Position numbers and translations under genes: made by a program
Virus record (IMG/VR): IMGVR_UViG_3300042560_001323
Coordinates: 179,167 to 243,166 of that record
DNA length: 64,000 bases
Direction: 5' to 3' (one strand)
Notes under the pieces: model-generated
Told to the model about the DNA's origin: nothing
Databases searched by the model: none
The model's input: the letters and a program-made list of their open reading frames with translations, nothing else
Shown here: piece by piece, positions 41,606-50,078 of the stretch
Numbering within the stretch: the stretch's first letter is position 1
How the letters are laid out: every line of letters starts with the position of its first letter

Positions 41606-42943
41606 TAGTAACAAAAACCAATAAAAGTAAACCTCTATTGATTTCCTAAACGCTTCACAGCAGATGCTAAAGGGTGAAAATCACCGCTCAGTCTTAATTC
41701 CGCTCCACGCCAGTAATCGACGTACTCCGCCGATGAAAGTTCTTTATCGGTTAGGCTGCGCCAACCTTCCTTTAAAATATTAATAGAGGCATTCAAGTCT
41801 CTATCGTGTTTTGAACCGCAAGACGGACAAGTCCATTCCCGAATTTTTAAAGGCATCTTGTCTTCCTTATGTCCACAAGAACTACAAGTCTTACTGGAAG
41901 GAAAGAATCGGTTAATTTTAACCAGGACTTTGCCATACCAATCACACTTATACTCTAACATAGTAACAAAAGTAGACCAAGAGGCATCCGAGATTGATTT
42001 GGACAACTTGTGATTCTTCAACATCCCAGAAACATTCAAGTCTTCAACCGAAATTACATCAAAAGTTCTAACCAGAGCTGTTGAGATGTTATGGAGAAAG
42101 TAAGTTCTGGAATTGGTAATGTATTCGTGTATTCTAGCAACTTTAATACGTTGCTTAATGTAACGATTACTGCCTTTAGTCTTGCGACTTAAATGCTTCT
42201 GGGCTCTTTTGAGTTTCGCTTGGTTCTTGCGAAACCATTTAGGATTGTTAATGGCTTGACCGTTTGAAAGAATGAACAAGTCTTTAATACCCAAATCAAT
42301 ACCTACTACCTTGCCGGTAGAGGGTATTGGATTGAGTTCTTGCTTAACCAGAATAGAAACGAAGTATTTACCGGTTGGAGTTTTAGAAACCGTGATGATC
42401 CTGAAATCTGCATCCTCCGGGATTTCACGGTCAATAACAACTTTAACCCAACCAATTTTCTCCAGTCTAACCACTGAATTTTCTTGGTCTAACTTGAACT
42501 TTTGATTGGGAAGTCTAAAAGACTGACGATTTGATTTCTTCTTAAAAGAAGGCCGTCCTAATTTGGCCTTTCTTTTCTTATTGAAAAACTGTTTCTTGAA
42601 CTCAATAAAGTCATTTCTTTTTTGTTGAAGTGTAGAAGCTGAAACTTCTTTAAGAAACTCAAATTCTGGAGTGTCTTTTAATGTCTTTTCGTTAATAAAT
42701 TCCTTAGAGTTACTGTTGAAGTTTTCAACGAGTTTATTCCAAACAAACCTGCAACAACCGAAAGTCTTCGCCAGTAAAACTTCTTGCTCTTTATCTGGAT
42801 AAATCCTGAACTTGTATGCTTTTAAGTGCATCTGCTCTGATTATTGGTTGGCAATACTATTTAGTAAAGTTTTATTTTATAAGGGGAGAAGAAATTCTCC
42901 CCACCTGAAAAGCGCCAACCAACCAGGCATCTTTATTTAGTGA
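41606..42943 (-). mobile_element. TnpB-only element, copy 2 (about 1.34 kb)
   Basis: Shares both end sequences with copy 1; no tnpA adjacent. Confidence 0.85.
41635..42831 (-). CDS. tnpB: RNA-guided endonuclease TnpB, copy 2
   Basis: Same length (398 aa) as copy 1, about 47 substitutions by hand count (about 88% identity); RuvC D/E/D intact. Confidence 0.95.
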   Translation of the reverse strand: MHLKAYKFRIYPDKEQEVLLAKTFGCCRFVWNKLVENFNSNSKEFINEKTLKDTPEFEFLKEVSASTLQQKRNDFIEFKKQFFNKKRKAKLGRPSFKKKSNRQSFRLPNQKFKLDQENSVVRLEKIGWVKVVIDREIPEDADFRIITVSKTPTGKYFVSILVKQELNPIPSTGKVVGIDLGIKDLFILSNGQAINNPKWFRKNQAKLKRAQKHLSRKTKGSNRYIKQRIKVARIHEYITNSRTYFLHNISTALVRTFDVISVEDLNVSGMLKNHKLSKSISDASWSTFVTMLEYKCDWYGKVLVKINRFFPSSKTCSSCGHKEDKMPLKIREWTCPSCGSKHDRDLNASINILKEGWRSLTDKELSSAEYVDYWRGAELRLSGDFHPLASAVKRLGNQ

Positions 42944-42968
42944 TGTTTTTACTGCCATTTTTTACTCC

Positions 42969-43109
42969 TTAGATATATTCAAAGTCAATTTTGTCTTCGT
43001 CAATTTCGCCTTTATAGGCTTGTTCTGCAAGTTCAAGAAGAATGGGCACGGCTTCTTCTTCTGTAATCTGGCGATGAATAATGCGCCCATCATAGAGAAT
43101 ATTAATCAT
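42969..43109 (-). CDS. Conserved small cyanophage hypothetical (MINILYDGRIIHRQITEEE...)
   Basis: 46-aa ORF translated manually, directly after the 43113 gene. Confidence 0.6.
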   Translation of the reverse strand: MINILYDGRIIHRQITEEEAVPILLELAEQAYKGEIDEDKIDFEYI

Positions 43110-43112
43110 TGC

Positions 43113-43952
43113 TCAAATAGGGAAGGTTTTTTCGTGACCAACGCGAATACGAGGGTCAACCCAGATTTTAAAGCCCTTTTCCTTGGCTTTCAGGCAGAAA
43201 CCAACGTCTTCACCACAGAAATCAACGATTGCGCCATCTTCAAATGACTGAAGAAGCGGCGGCCACCAGGGATAATCCATTCCTTCAAACACACCTTTTT
43301 GAATCATCAGCCAGCCGCCACCGACATAATCACAACTAAAGGGCTTCTTGCGATTCATCATCGTTTCAATCTTCTCCATATTCATCACACCACCGTTCTT
43401 GCGGAACTCTTCGGCTTCTAGCCAGAATGCACAGGCAGTATGAACACGGTCTTCAGTTGAATACCAGCCAGATGCAATTGCATTAGTCTTGGTTTCATCC
43501 ACTAGTTGCTTATAGCCAACAAGTTCACCTGCTTCATTCTTAACTTCTTCATATGATACTGCCTCATCGGGTAGGGCAAGGTCACAAAGTTGCCAGAAAT
43601 GCTCTGCGGTGAAGGCAATGTCGCTATCAATCCACATTTGATAATCGTATTCAATCTGTCCCTGCCAAGGCTTTTGTTTGGGGCCAGCAAGAACATTTGC
43701 CCCGAGAACTTTACAGCGGGCAAAGTTCACCATACTACTGTAATCTTGGCTGATATGAAATTGCATATTGTTGCCTGCAATTTCAAAGCAGAGTTGAACA
43801 AAGTTCTTTAGGAAATTATAGGAACAACCGCGACCGGGAAGACAGAGCATAATTGTTTTGCCCTGCATCTTCTGTTTAATTTTTGCATAATCCCAATTTG
43901 GTTGGGATTCTTGTTGTGGCTCTTTAGCCTTGATTTGAAAACCTTTTGCCAT
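43113..43952 (-). CDS. Conserved cyanomyophage glycosyltransferase-like (GT-A fold) protein
   Basis: MAKGF.IKAK, CLPGRG.S, YSSMVNFAR, WIDSDI (DxD), GEDVGFCL, RVGHEK. Confidence 0.8.
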   Translation of the reverse strand: MAKGFQIKAKEPQQESQPNWDYAKIKQKMQGKTIMLCLPGRGCSYNFLKNFVQLCFEIAGNNMQFHISQDYSSMVNFARCKVLGANVLAGPKQKPWQGQIEYDYQMWIDSDIAFTAEHFWQLCDLALPDEAVSYEEVKNEAGELVGYKQLVDETKTNAIASGWYSTEDRVHTACAFWLEAEEFRKNGGVMNMEKIETMMNRKKPFSCDYVGGGWLMIQKGVFEGMDYPWWPPLLQSFEDGAIVDFCGEDVGFCLKAKEKGFKIWVDPRIRVGHEKTFPI

Positions 43953-44033
43953 AATAATCGTGATAATTGTTTAAACGCGCACTATATAGGCATCCGAAAA
44001 TCAATAAATAATATGAACAGATATTGGTAAAAG

Positions 44034-44543
44034 ATGGATAGTAATAAGTTAAAAGCTGCAATTGCGCGAGGCGCGGAAAGTCTTAAAACGCCAGCCAAAG
44101 AAGGTCAAACCCATAGCAGACAAACCGATGATGCACATAAAAAGAGAAAGGAAATAACGGCAGAACTGGCCAAAGAATCTTATGAAGTGGTGGCGGATTA
44201 TCTCTTCTCTGAAGGATATGCTAATTCATTTGAGAGTGCTCTTATTGTTGCAGATGTTATTAGCGATGAGTGGTTTGATGATATTTTAGAGGCAACGGCT
44301 GCAACTAGGGCAACTGTAAGAGGCCGTGGCAGAGTTCCCGGTGCGGCTCAAAGGGCAACCGCGACAAATGATAGGAAAGCCGAAGCCAAAGCAAGAGCAG
44401 ATGACCGGCGGGCGCAGTTAGAGACTGAGAGAAAATATGCTGAAGAAAGACGGAATAATCCTGCGATTCTTACGAAGGAAGCCAGAAAAAGAACTCTTTC
44501 AACAAGAATGGAAAGAGCCGCCCAGAAGTTAGGACTACAATGA
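44034..44543 (+). CDS. Internal-protein-like hypothetical
   Basis: YEVVADYLFSEGYANSFESA...ISDEWF domain + basic tail; ATAAATA upstream. Confidence 0.65.
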   Translation: MDSNKLKAAIARGAESLKTPAKEGQTHSRQTDDAHKKRKEITAELAKESYEVVADYLFSEGYANSFESALIVADVISDEWFDDILEATAATRATVRGRGRVPGAAQRATATNDRKAEAKARADDRRAQLETERKYAEERRNNPAILTKEARKRTLSTRMERAAQKLGLQ

Positions 44544-44773
44544 AAACATTTGAACAGTTTATAGATGAGGCCAAAAAGCCTCTTCCTATTGAAAAAATGC
44601 TAAAACAGGCTGGAAGGCATAGAGAATATGCTGGTTGGGTTACCGGTGAGTTGGAAGGAAATAGATTCAATCAACATAAAAAGCGCAAGCCCGCACAAGA
44701 GATTATCCAAAGGGCAAATGATAAGGCTGATATGATTAATAGGGTTCTTCTTTCTAAAGTTCAAGAAAAATGA
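44540..44773 (+). CDS. Putative internal head protein with capsid-targeting sequence
   Basis: N-terminus MKTFEQFIDEA resembles T4 IP MKTYQEFIAE. Confidence 0.65.
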   Translation: MKTFEQFIDEAKKPLPIEKMLKQAGRHREYAGWVTGELEGNRFNQHKKRKPAQEIIQRANDKADMINRVLLSKVQEK

Positions 44774-45411
44774 AAACATTTGAAGAGTTTATAGCGGAAG
44801 TAAAACACGGCCCGCGCACCGGGAGAGCCGGTTTACGCCAAAGGGGGGAGAATCTTTCAAAAGCACTGCAAAGAAAAATGGGAACCAGAGCACCAATTAG
44901 AGGTGGAGTTGGAGAATATACGCATAGAACAACAGATCCTGACGATGTTTCAACTGAAGTAGAAGTTTACAAAAATCCTTCCCATTATGCTGCGGCACAT
45001 TCACCAAAGGTAACAACTAAAGACGGGAAGAAAAAAGTAATTTCTACCGGTGAACGAGCATTTAAGGCAAAGCAATTTCGCCAGCAGTTGACGAATAATC
45101 GTAAAACCCCAAAGGGAAGAGTTTATAATGTTGATATTGAGCCAAATCTCCAAAGAGACCACGGAGATACCGAGAATCTAAGAAAGAGAACGACAAACTT
45201 TAAAGGGGCTGTTGCAAATGTTCCAAAAGTTGTAAAAGATGCTGGAGCAAAAAGTGGCGATTATACGGTTGGTGCCCCCGGACAACCACAAAGAATAAAA
45301 GGAGTTCCCCATGGGGCAGGAACACGTTCTAGGGCTAGACTTTATACTCAACTACCGGGGGCTGGCAAACTTTCTAAAACAACTGGTCGTATTGTGGGTA
45401 AAGTAAAATGA
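44770..45411 (+). CDS. Putative internal head protein, basic
   Basis: N-terminus MKTFEEFIAE; paralogous to ORF 51665-52336. Confidence 0.7.
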   Translation: MKTFEEFIAEVKHGPRTGRAGLRQRGENLSKALQRKMGTRAPIRGGVGEYTHRTTDPDDVSTEVEVYKNPSHYAAAHSPKVTTKDGKKKVISTGERAFKAKQFRQQLTNNRKTPKGRVYNVDIEPNLQRDHGDTENLRKRTTNFKGAVANVPKVVKDAGAKSGDYTVGAPGQPQRIKGVPHGAGTRSRARLYTQLPGAGKLSKTTGRIVGKVK

Positions 45412-45787
45412 AAACCTTTGACGACTTCATCAATGAGGCAAAAGAAGCAAAACCCGATGCCCTGAGAACCATTGAAAGAAAATGGAAAAATAGACCCGGA
45501 CATAAAGGTTTAAATGTTTATGCATCTAAAAAGATAGTCACATAAAACTCCACGATTTATTTGTTCCTCCACATTTAAGAGGCAAAAAAGTCGGCAGTAG
45601 AATTATGAAAGGCTTAACTAAGTATGCCGACCGTCAAAATGCATCAATGTCTTTAAAACAAGCACCGGAAAAAGGATGCAAACGTAAACTTGGAGACTTC
45701 TACAAGAGATTTGGCTTTAAATCGAATAAGGGACGAAACAAAGACTTTACAACTAGAGATACACATATTAGGCAACCTAATAAATAG
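45408..45787 (+). pseudogene. Capsid-targeted GNAT acetyltransferase-like gene with single-base frameshift at about 45530
   Basis: MKTFDDFINEA... frame stops at 45546; -1 frame continues HIKLHDLFVPPHLRGKKVGSRIM...FYKRFGF (GNAT motifs A/B). Confidence 0.7.
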
Positions 45788-45807
45788 TTTTACTATAGTT
45801 AAATGTA

Positions 45808-46161
45808 ATGAATACCCCTAGCGAACTGTTTGATTTTTATGGAGCTTATTTGAATATTTACGAAGCTCAAAGTGATAATAACTCTAACATTCCGAATAGT
45901 CCTAATGATGTGTATAGAACCGCATTAGGTCGTTTAAGTGTTGAAAAACTTAGAAAACTTAAACTACTTGCAGATAAACAAAAGTTAGAGAGCTTATTTA
46001 GAAAAAAAAGTGCTACAGTGGAAGATTCTATTGAATACGTTCTAAATTATCTTATTGATGAAGGCTTTACTGATTCTTATGAGGGTGCAGAAGCCATTCT
46101 AGAAACAATGTCGGATAAATGGTTGAAGGAGATTATTGAAGGCGCAATTGATTTGTATTAA
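45808..46161 (+). CDS. Internal-protein-like hypothetical
   Basis: EYVLNYLIDEGFTDSYEGAEAIL..MSDKW domain. Confidence 0.65.
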   Translation: MNTPSELFDFYGAYLNIYEAQSDNNSNIPNSPNDVYRTALGRLSVEKLRKLKLLADKQKLESLFRKKSATVEDSIEYVLNYLIDEGFTDSYEGAEAILETMSDKWLKEIIEGAIDLY

Positions 46162-46188
46162 AAAAAGCCCCTTGCGAGGCTCTTTTAT
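46160..46188. terminator. Intrinsic terminator between convergent genes
   Basis: AAAAAAAGCCCCTTGCGAGGCTCTTTT. Confidence 0.6.
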
Positions 46189-46189
46189 T

Positions 46190-46348
46190 TCAACTATCTA
46201 CAAACTTACATTCAAATTCTTGGTTCCAGGCATCAATGCCAATATTAGCAATCATCTGTTCTTTCCATTCATTATTTCTTCCTGGAATCTCATCACATTT
46301 GATTAGGGTTCTTACGAACTGATTCTTACCGTCTTCGGAGTCTTTTAA
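46190..46348 (-). pseudogene. Stand-alone fragment homologous to the gp17 linker region
   Basis: Translation LKDSEDGKNQF...DEIPGRNNEWKEQMIANIGIDAWNQEFECKF resembles gp17 EVPGRD..WKE.TIAN....EFECEF. Confidence 0.55.
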
Positions 46349-46544
46349 CTAGATATCCATCTGAAAACATGGCTTTTTCCATATAATAAATATGTTTTTG
46401 ACTCCATTCAAGAGGTCCAGCATCAAGTTGTTGTTGAACTCCTTCCATAGATGCAAATTTGCAATAGAATTCTCTATCATTCTCTTTAATACCAACAAAA
46501 GCATCTTCAAGAGTTTTAATTTGTTCAGGTGTGAGTTGTTTCAT
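46326..46544 (-). CDS. Hypothetical protein
   Basis: ORF track; codirectional cluster. Confidence 0.55.
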   Translation of the reverse strand: MKQLTPEQIKTLEDAFVGIKENDREFYCKFASMEGVQQQLDAGPLEWSQKHIYYMEKAMFSDGYLVKRLRRR

Positions 46545-46570
46545 AATGTTTCAATTTATTGGCGTACTAT

Positions 46571-46924
46571 TTAGGAGTCCTCTTCTTTTAGAATATTCTT
46601 GGCGAATTCAATTACATCATCTTCCCACATATCAGAATCTTCTAATACGCCATTCGCCCATTTTGCATCTGGTATAGAAAATGGCTTTACGCCTCCATAA
46701 GATTCCCAGGCTCTAAGCATATCATATTTTTTAACTACCCAAGTACCTTCAAGGATATCATAACGATTTTCTCCAAATTTAGCATTTTCTAAAACGTAAT
46801 CTCTCTTGCATTTCTTACAAAATCCATAAGTTTTATCTGAAAGTCCTAGAGTAAACCCGCACCAAGGTTTTTCTTTAAAATTAAATTCACACGAATCGGG
46901 TTTTGTTCTTTGTTGAAGTTTCAT
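46571..46924 (-). CDS. Hypothetical protein (Cys-containing)
   Basis: ORF track; overlapping stop/start with neighbour. Confidence 0.55.
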   Translation of the reverse strand: MKLQQRTKPDSCEFNFKEKPWCGFTLGLSDKTYGFCKKCKRDYVLENAKFGENRYDILEGTWVVKKYDMLRAWESYGGVKPFSIPDAKWANGVLEDSDMWEDDVIEFAKNILKEEDS

Positions 46925-47148
46925 ATTGTTTGGTTGTCGTCAAGTTCTTGAAGCACCTCTCTAATTAATCTTTTAATTCTCAGATCCTCTTCTATTCTGG
47001 CAAGTTTTTCGTTTTGCTCTCTAAGTTTTTCAGTCTCCTCTCTGATTTTTTCAGTTTCTTGTCTTATTTTCTCAGTTCCTTCTCTCATTTTTACGTTTTC
47101 TTGTCTGATGCGTTCAGTATCTCGTCTGAAGGGTTCTAGCCAATCCAT
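46921..47148 (-). CDS. Small coiled-coil hypothetical protein
   Basis: Heptad repeats ETEKIRE. Confidence 0.6.
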   Translation of the reverse strand: MDWLEPFRRDTERIRQENVKMREGTEKIRQETEKIREETEKLREQNEKLARIEEDLRIKRLIREVLQELDDNQTI

Positions 47149-47155
47149 TTGTTTG

Positions 47156-47296
47156 TTAAATCTTTTCTATCTTATAGGTTTTCCCATTTACTGTAACCGT
47201 TCCATCACTCTCGCCCGTTAATGCTCTTCTTAATTGCTTACTGGCATCGGGGTCTCGGAGTATTTCTTCTAGCTTTTTACTTATTGGTAGTTTCAT
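47156..47296 (-). CDS. Small hypothetical (MKLPISKKLEEILRDPDA...)
   Basis: 46-aa ORF translated manually. Confidence 0.5.
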   Translation of the reverse strand: MKLPISKKLEEILRDPDASKQLRRALTGESDGTVTVNGKTYKIEKI

Positions 47297-47323
47297 TTTG
47301 TTTGTGCTGCTGTGGCGTCTTAT

Positions 47324-47716
47324 TTAAGATAATTTTGAGGTATCTTCATTTTTCAGGACTTCTTCTTGAAGTTTTAGAACTGGTTGCAAAATGAATTTTC
47401 TGAACTTGTTTATGATATTTTCACGAAGATAACGTTCCATTAGAACCGAATCCCACTTTGGCGGGCAAGATAAGACTTTTCCGTAATGATGGGCAAATAG
47501 TTCTCCCCAGAATGATTTATGGTCTTGTAGTGCTTCCCTATTTACGGTAATCTTAAATTCTACTACTGGAATTAGATTCTCATTAACATAGGTTTTTTCT
47601 TCAAATTGAAATGCATTCTCGTCTTCAAAAATATTGTATTCTGGAATATGAATACCTTGAGATTTTAGAGTCTTTTTAAGGTGTTCGTCAATTGTAAAGT
47701 TTGAAAATAATGTCAT
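47324..47716 (-). CDS. Hypothetical protein
   Basis: ORF track. Confidence 0.55.
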   Translation of the reverse strand: MTLFSNFTIDEHLKKTLKSQGIHIPEYNIFEDENAFQFEEKTYVNENLIPVVEFKITVNREALQDHKSFWGELFAHHYGKVLSCPPKWDSVLMERYLRENIINKFRKFILQPVLKLQEEVLKNEDTSKLS

Positions 47717-47746
47717 AATGTTTGGGTTTGGGAGTCTTATGTATGG

Positions 47747-47950
47747 TTATGGAATGGTGGCAATATTTTCTGGTTCTACGTAAGGTTCAAACTCTCTCAA
47801 AAAAACTCCAAGAGAGCATCTAAACTTATTACCATCTGGATTTGTTCCCAACACTCTTGAGTGATAAACTTCGGTGATAGTAAGAATGTAGTTTGGTTCA
47901 TCTGGTCTTATCCATTTGGTTCCTGGTATTAATTCTTCTACTTTAGCCAT
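47747..47950 (-). CDS. Hypothetical protein
   Basis: ORF track; same leader GGTTATG...ATAATG context as neighbours. Confidence 0.5.
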   Translation of the reverse strand: MAKVEELIPGTKWIRPDEPNYILTITEVYHSRVLGTNPDGNKFRCSLGVFLREFEPYVEPENIATIP

Positions 47951-48054
47951 AATGTTTGGTTCTTATGTATGGTTATGAAAACATTGATAGTATGAAGAGG
48001 AAGACTCCGAAGAGTTCAAAGAATAGGAGGATTTGGAGCATTTTGAACTTTAAT

Positions 48055-48081
48055 GAAAAAGGAACTCCGAAGAGTTCCCTT
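48055..48081 (-). terminator. psbA terminator with C(UUCG)G tetraloop
   Basis: GGGAACTCTTCGGAGTTCCTTTTTC on minus strand; related hairpin at about 48003-48017. Confidence 0.75.
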
Positions 48082-48086
48082 ATTTA

Positions 48087-48562
48087 TCAACCAATAGTTG
48101 GGGCTTTTAGAGCAATTTCTTGAGTAGAAACTGCAGCCAAATCTACACTTGACCCATAAGTTTACCATTCTTATGGAGTGGACTATATCATCACCCTTTA
48201 AGGTGTCGGACGCTTATTCCTGTTATTAAGGGAACTATATCCCCCAGGTAGTCTCTGAAGTTTCCTTGAGTGTACTCAAGGCTCACCTGCTGATTGCCCA
48301 TGTTTTTGGGGGGGGGGGTTCCAGCAATTCACCCAGTTTCGTCAATACTCTTACGAGTAAGGGACACCGATTAAAACTTAATGTCCACGGGAGGTGCTGC
48401 AATAAATGCTAAAATAAAGCAAATAGTAGCAGCAAGTAAACAGGGAATCATAAGAACCGAAAAATGCCCAAGATAGAGGCGATTATTCGTACTTGTTACC
48501 CAATTAAGATAACGTTCCCAGAGGTTGTCGCCAGAACGGCGTGTAGCAATTGTAGCAGTCAT
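48087..48562 (-). pseudogene. psbA: psbA remnant: exon 1 (48381-48562, D1 residues 1-60) + group I intron + extreme C-terminal exon (48087-48145); central about 280 codons missing
   Basis: [53 protein letters not shown]; DLAAVSTQEIALKAPTIG* matches the D1 C-terminus. Confidence 0.9.
48146..48380 (-). mobile_element. ORF-less group I intron (235 nt)
   Basis: P AATTGCTGGAA, Q AATCAGCAG, R TTCAGAGACTA, S GATATAGTCC; IGS GTGTCC pairs with exon GGACAT (U-G at splice site); P9 hairpin; P9.0 AC/GT and terminal G at 48146. Confidence 0.88.
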
Positions 48563-48631
48563 ATTTGAAAATAGGGTAGAAAAAGTTCGTAGGGACGAAC
48601 GTGTTTATTATTTCTTCTCACCCCTAGAGAA

Positions 48632-48684
48632 GATATGAGAGACGTATTTGACGTGCAAAGTCTCGGTAAGCACGAGCAGCAATG
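48632..48684 (-). repeat. psbA leader motif (PhotoRC-II-like), copy 1 of a 53-bp direct repeat
   Basis: CATTGCTGCTCGTGCTTACCGAGACTTTGCACGTCAAATACGTCTCTCATATC; 1 mismatch to 49200-49252. Confidence 0.75.
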
Positions 48685-48710
48685 AAGTTTATGTTATTAT
48701 TTTGTAATAA

Positions 48711-48878
48711 TCAAAAACTTAATCCTTTAAATCCATCAATAATATTTTGTAAATGTTTCTCGGCACTTTCTATATTAGAACCATTTTTCTTTATTAATTC
48801 CATCAATTCATCATAACTTCTTCCAGATATTTCTGGGTCAAGAGGAACAGATTTGATAAATTCTTCTTTAGTAATCAT
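48711..48878 (-). CDS. Small hypothetical (MITKEEFIKSVPLDPE...)
   Basis: 55-aa ORF translated manually. Confidence 0.5.
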   Translation of the reverse strand: MITKEEFIKSVPLDPEISGRSYDELMELIKKNGSNIESAEKHLQNIIDGFKGLSF

Positions 48879-48905
48879 AAGTATTAAAAAATTATTTTAG
48901 TAAAA

Positions 48906-49250
48906 TTAATGTTTCATCCATTCACCATTTTCAACATCCCAATGCCTCCTATCATAAACTTGGAAATTAACAGTTATGAAAAATAGTGAAATACTAGTCC
49001 AAAGTCCTGCGTGGTCTGTTTTGATAGTATATTTAAACTCAACTCCAAACAAAATATTATCTATATTTACTTCAAATTCCCAGAACTTATGTTTAAGTGG
49101 AGTTTTATCAGAAATAAAATAAATATTTTTAAAGTTGTCTATTGGCAGTTCAATTTTAAAATTTACCGTAATCATTATTTTTATAAAAATGGCGGTATGG
49201 ATATGAGAGACGTATTTAACGTGCAAAGTCTCGGTAAGCACGAGCAGCAA
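48906..49250 (-). CDS. Hypothetical protein; true start probably MITVNF at about 49175
   Basis: Annotated N-terminus is the repeat read in frame; C-terminal TDHAGL...YDRRHWD motif. Confidence 0.55.
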   Translation of the reverse strand: MLLVLTETLHVKYVSHIHTAIFIKIMITVNFKIELPIDNFKNIYFISDKTPLKHKFWEFEVNIDNILFGVEFKYTIKTDHAGLWTSISLFFITVNFQVYDRRHWDVENGEWMKH

Positions 49251-49252
49251 TG
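49200..49252 (-). repeat. Second copy of psbA leader motif
   Basis: 53-bp near-identical direct repeat. Confidence 0.8.
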
Positions 49253-49306
49253 TGAGGATTTCCTGACTTGCTGATGTATTTATAGTAACACCAGTTCACG
49301 TTTTTG

Positions 49307-49969
49307 TCAATGAGTATTTGTGCCGGTTAAAGGAGCGTCCAGGTTATCAAACATAAGAAAGAAAACTGGTTGCTGGCCCCGTTCTTCCAGAATGTGTCGT
49401 CCTATTAATTCACATGATGCTGCTAATACGGCAGAGGTGACTTGTAGGGTTAAAGCAGACCAGCAACCATTAGCTGGATTATAGCCGTAAGATGATTGTA
49501 ATAGTGCATCATACTGGTCCTTAACATTATTAATCGGGGAGGGTTTTACAGTTGAAGCCGGATACTCACTAAAGACAATATCTGCTACCTCTTTTGCAAT
49601 ATTTTCCGCTTCTTGTCTGGCGTCCCAAGAAACACTTTCAGCTGCTTTTCTAGAATTTAGCCAGGTTAAAAGTTTGGCTGCACTCAAGTTATTTGTTCCA
49701 ATAGCCTCATCTAAGGCTGCATCTGCGGCAGCCAAGCTATGACTAAGCTCGGGAAAATTATTGAACCGTATTTTTACTTCATTCCATTGTTTTTCCGTAA
49801 GAGTATCAATATATTTCCAAAAGTCAATAACGGCTTGATAGTTTGGTCCAAGGTAATATTGGGGATACCACAACATTTTGGGGTCATTTATTTTTTCGCT
49901 AAAATTACTGTGCGTTTTTGAAAATGGAAAATATTGTAGTAAATGAGATGGTAGTTTTAAGTCGTTCAT
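49307..49969 (-). CDS. Hypothetical, paralog of 63381-63995 family
   Basis: YLGPNYQAV.DFW.YID.LT..QW..V...ELIG...PVF..MF shared motifs. Confidence 0.7.
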   Translation of the reverse strand: MNDLKLPSHLLQYFPFSKTHSNFSEKINDPKMLWYPQYYLGPNYQAVIDFWKYIDTLTEKQWNEVKIRFNNFPELSHSLAAADAALDEAIGTNNLSAAKLLTWLNSRKAAESVSWDARQEAENIAKEVADIVFSEYPASTVKPSPINNVKDQYDALLQSSYGYNPANGCWSALTLQVTSAVLAASCELIGRHILEERGQQPVFFLMFDNLDAPLTGTNTH

Positions 49970-50078
49970 AATTTTCCTTGTAATTTGTTTATTCTATACT
50001 TATTTAGTAAAGTAATGCTTTTCAGCGTGATAAATGTTTATTTGTTGTCAGTTGAGGGAATGTCCTTCTTTAAGAATG

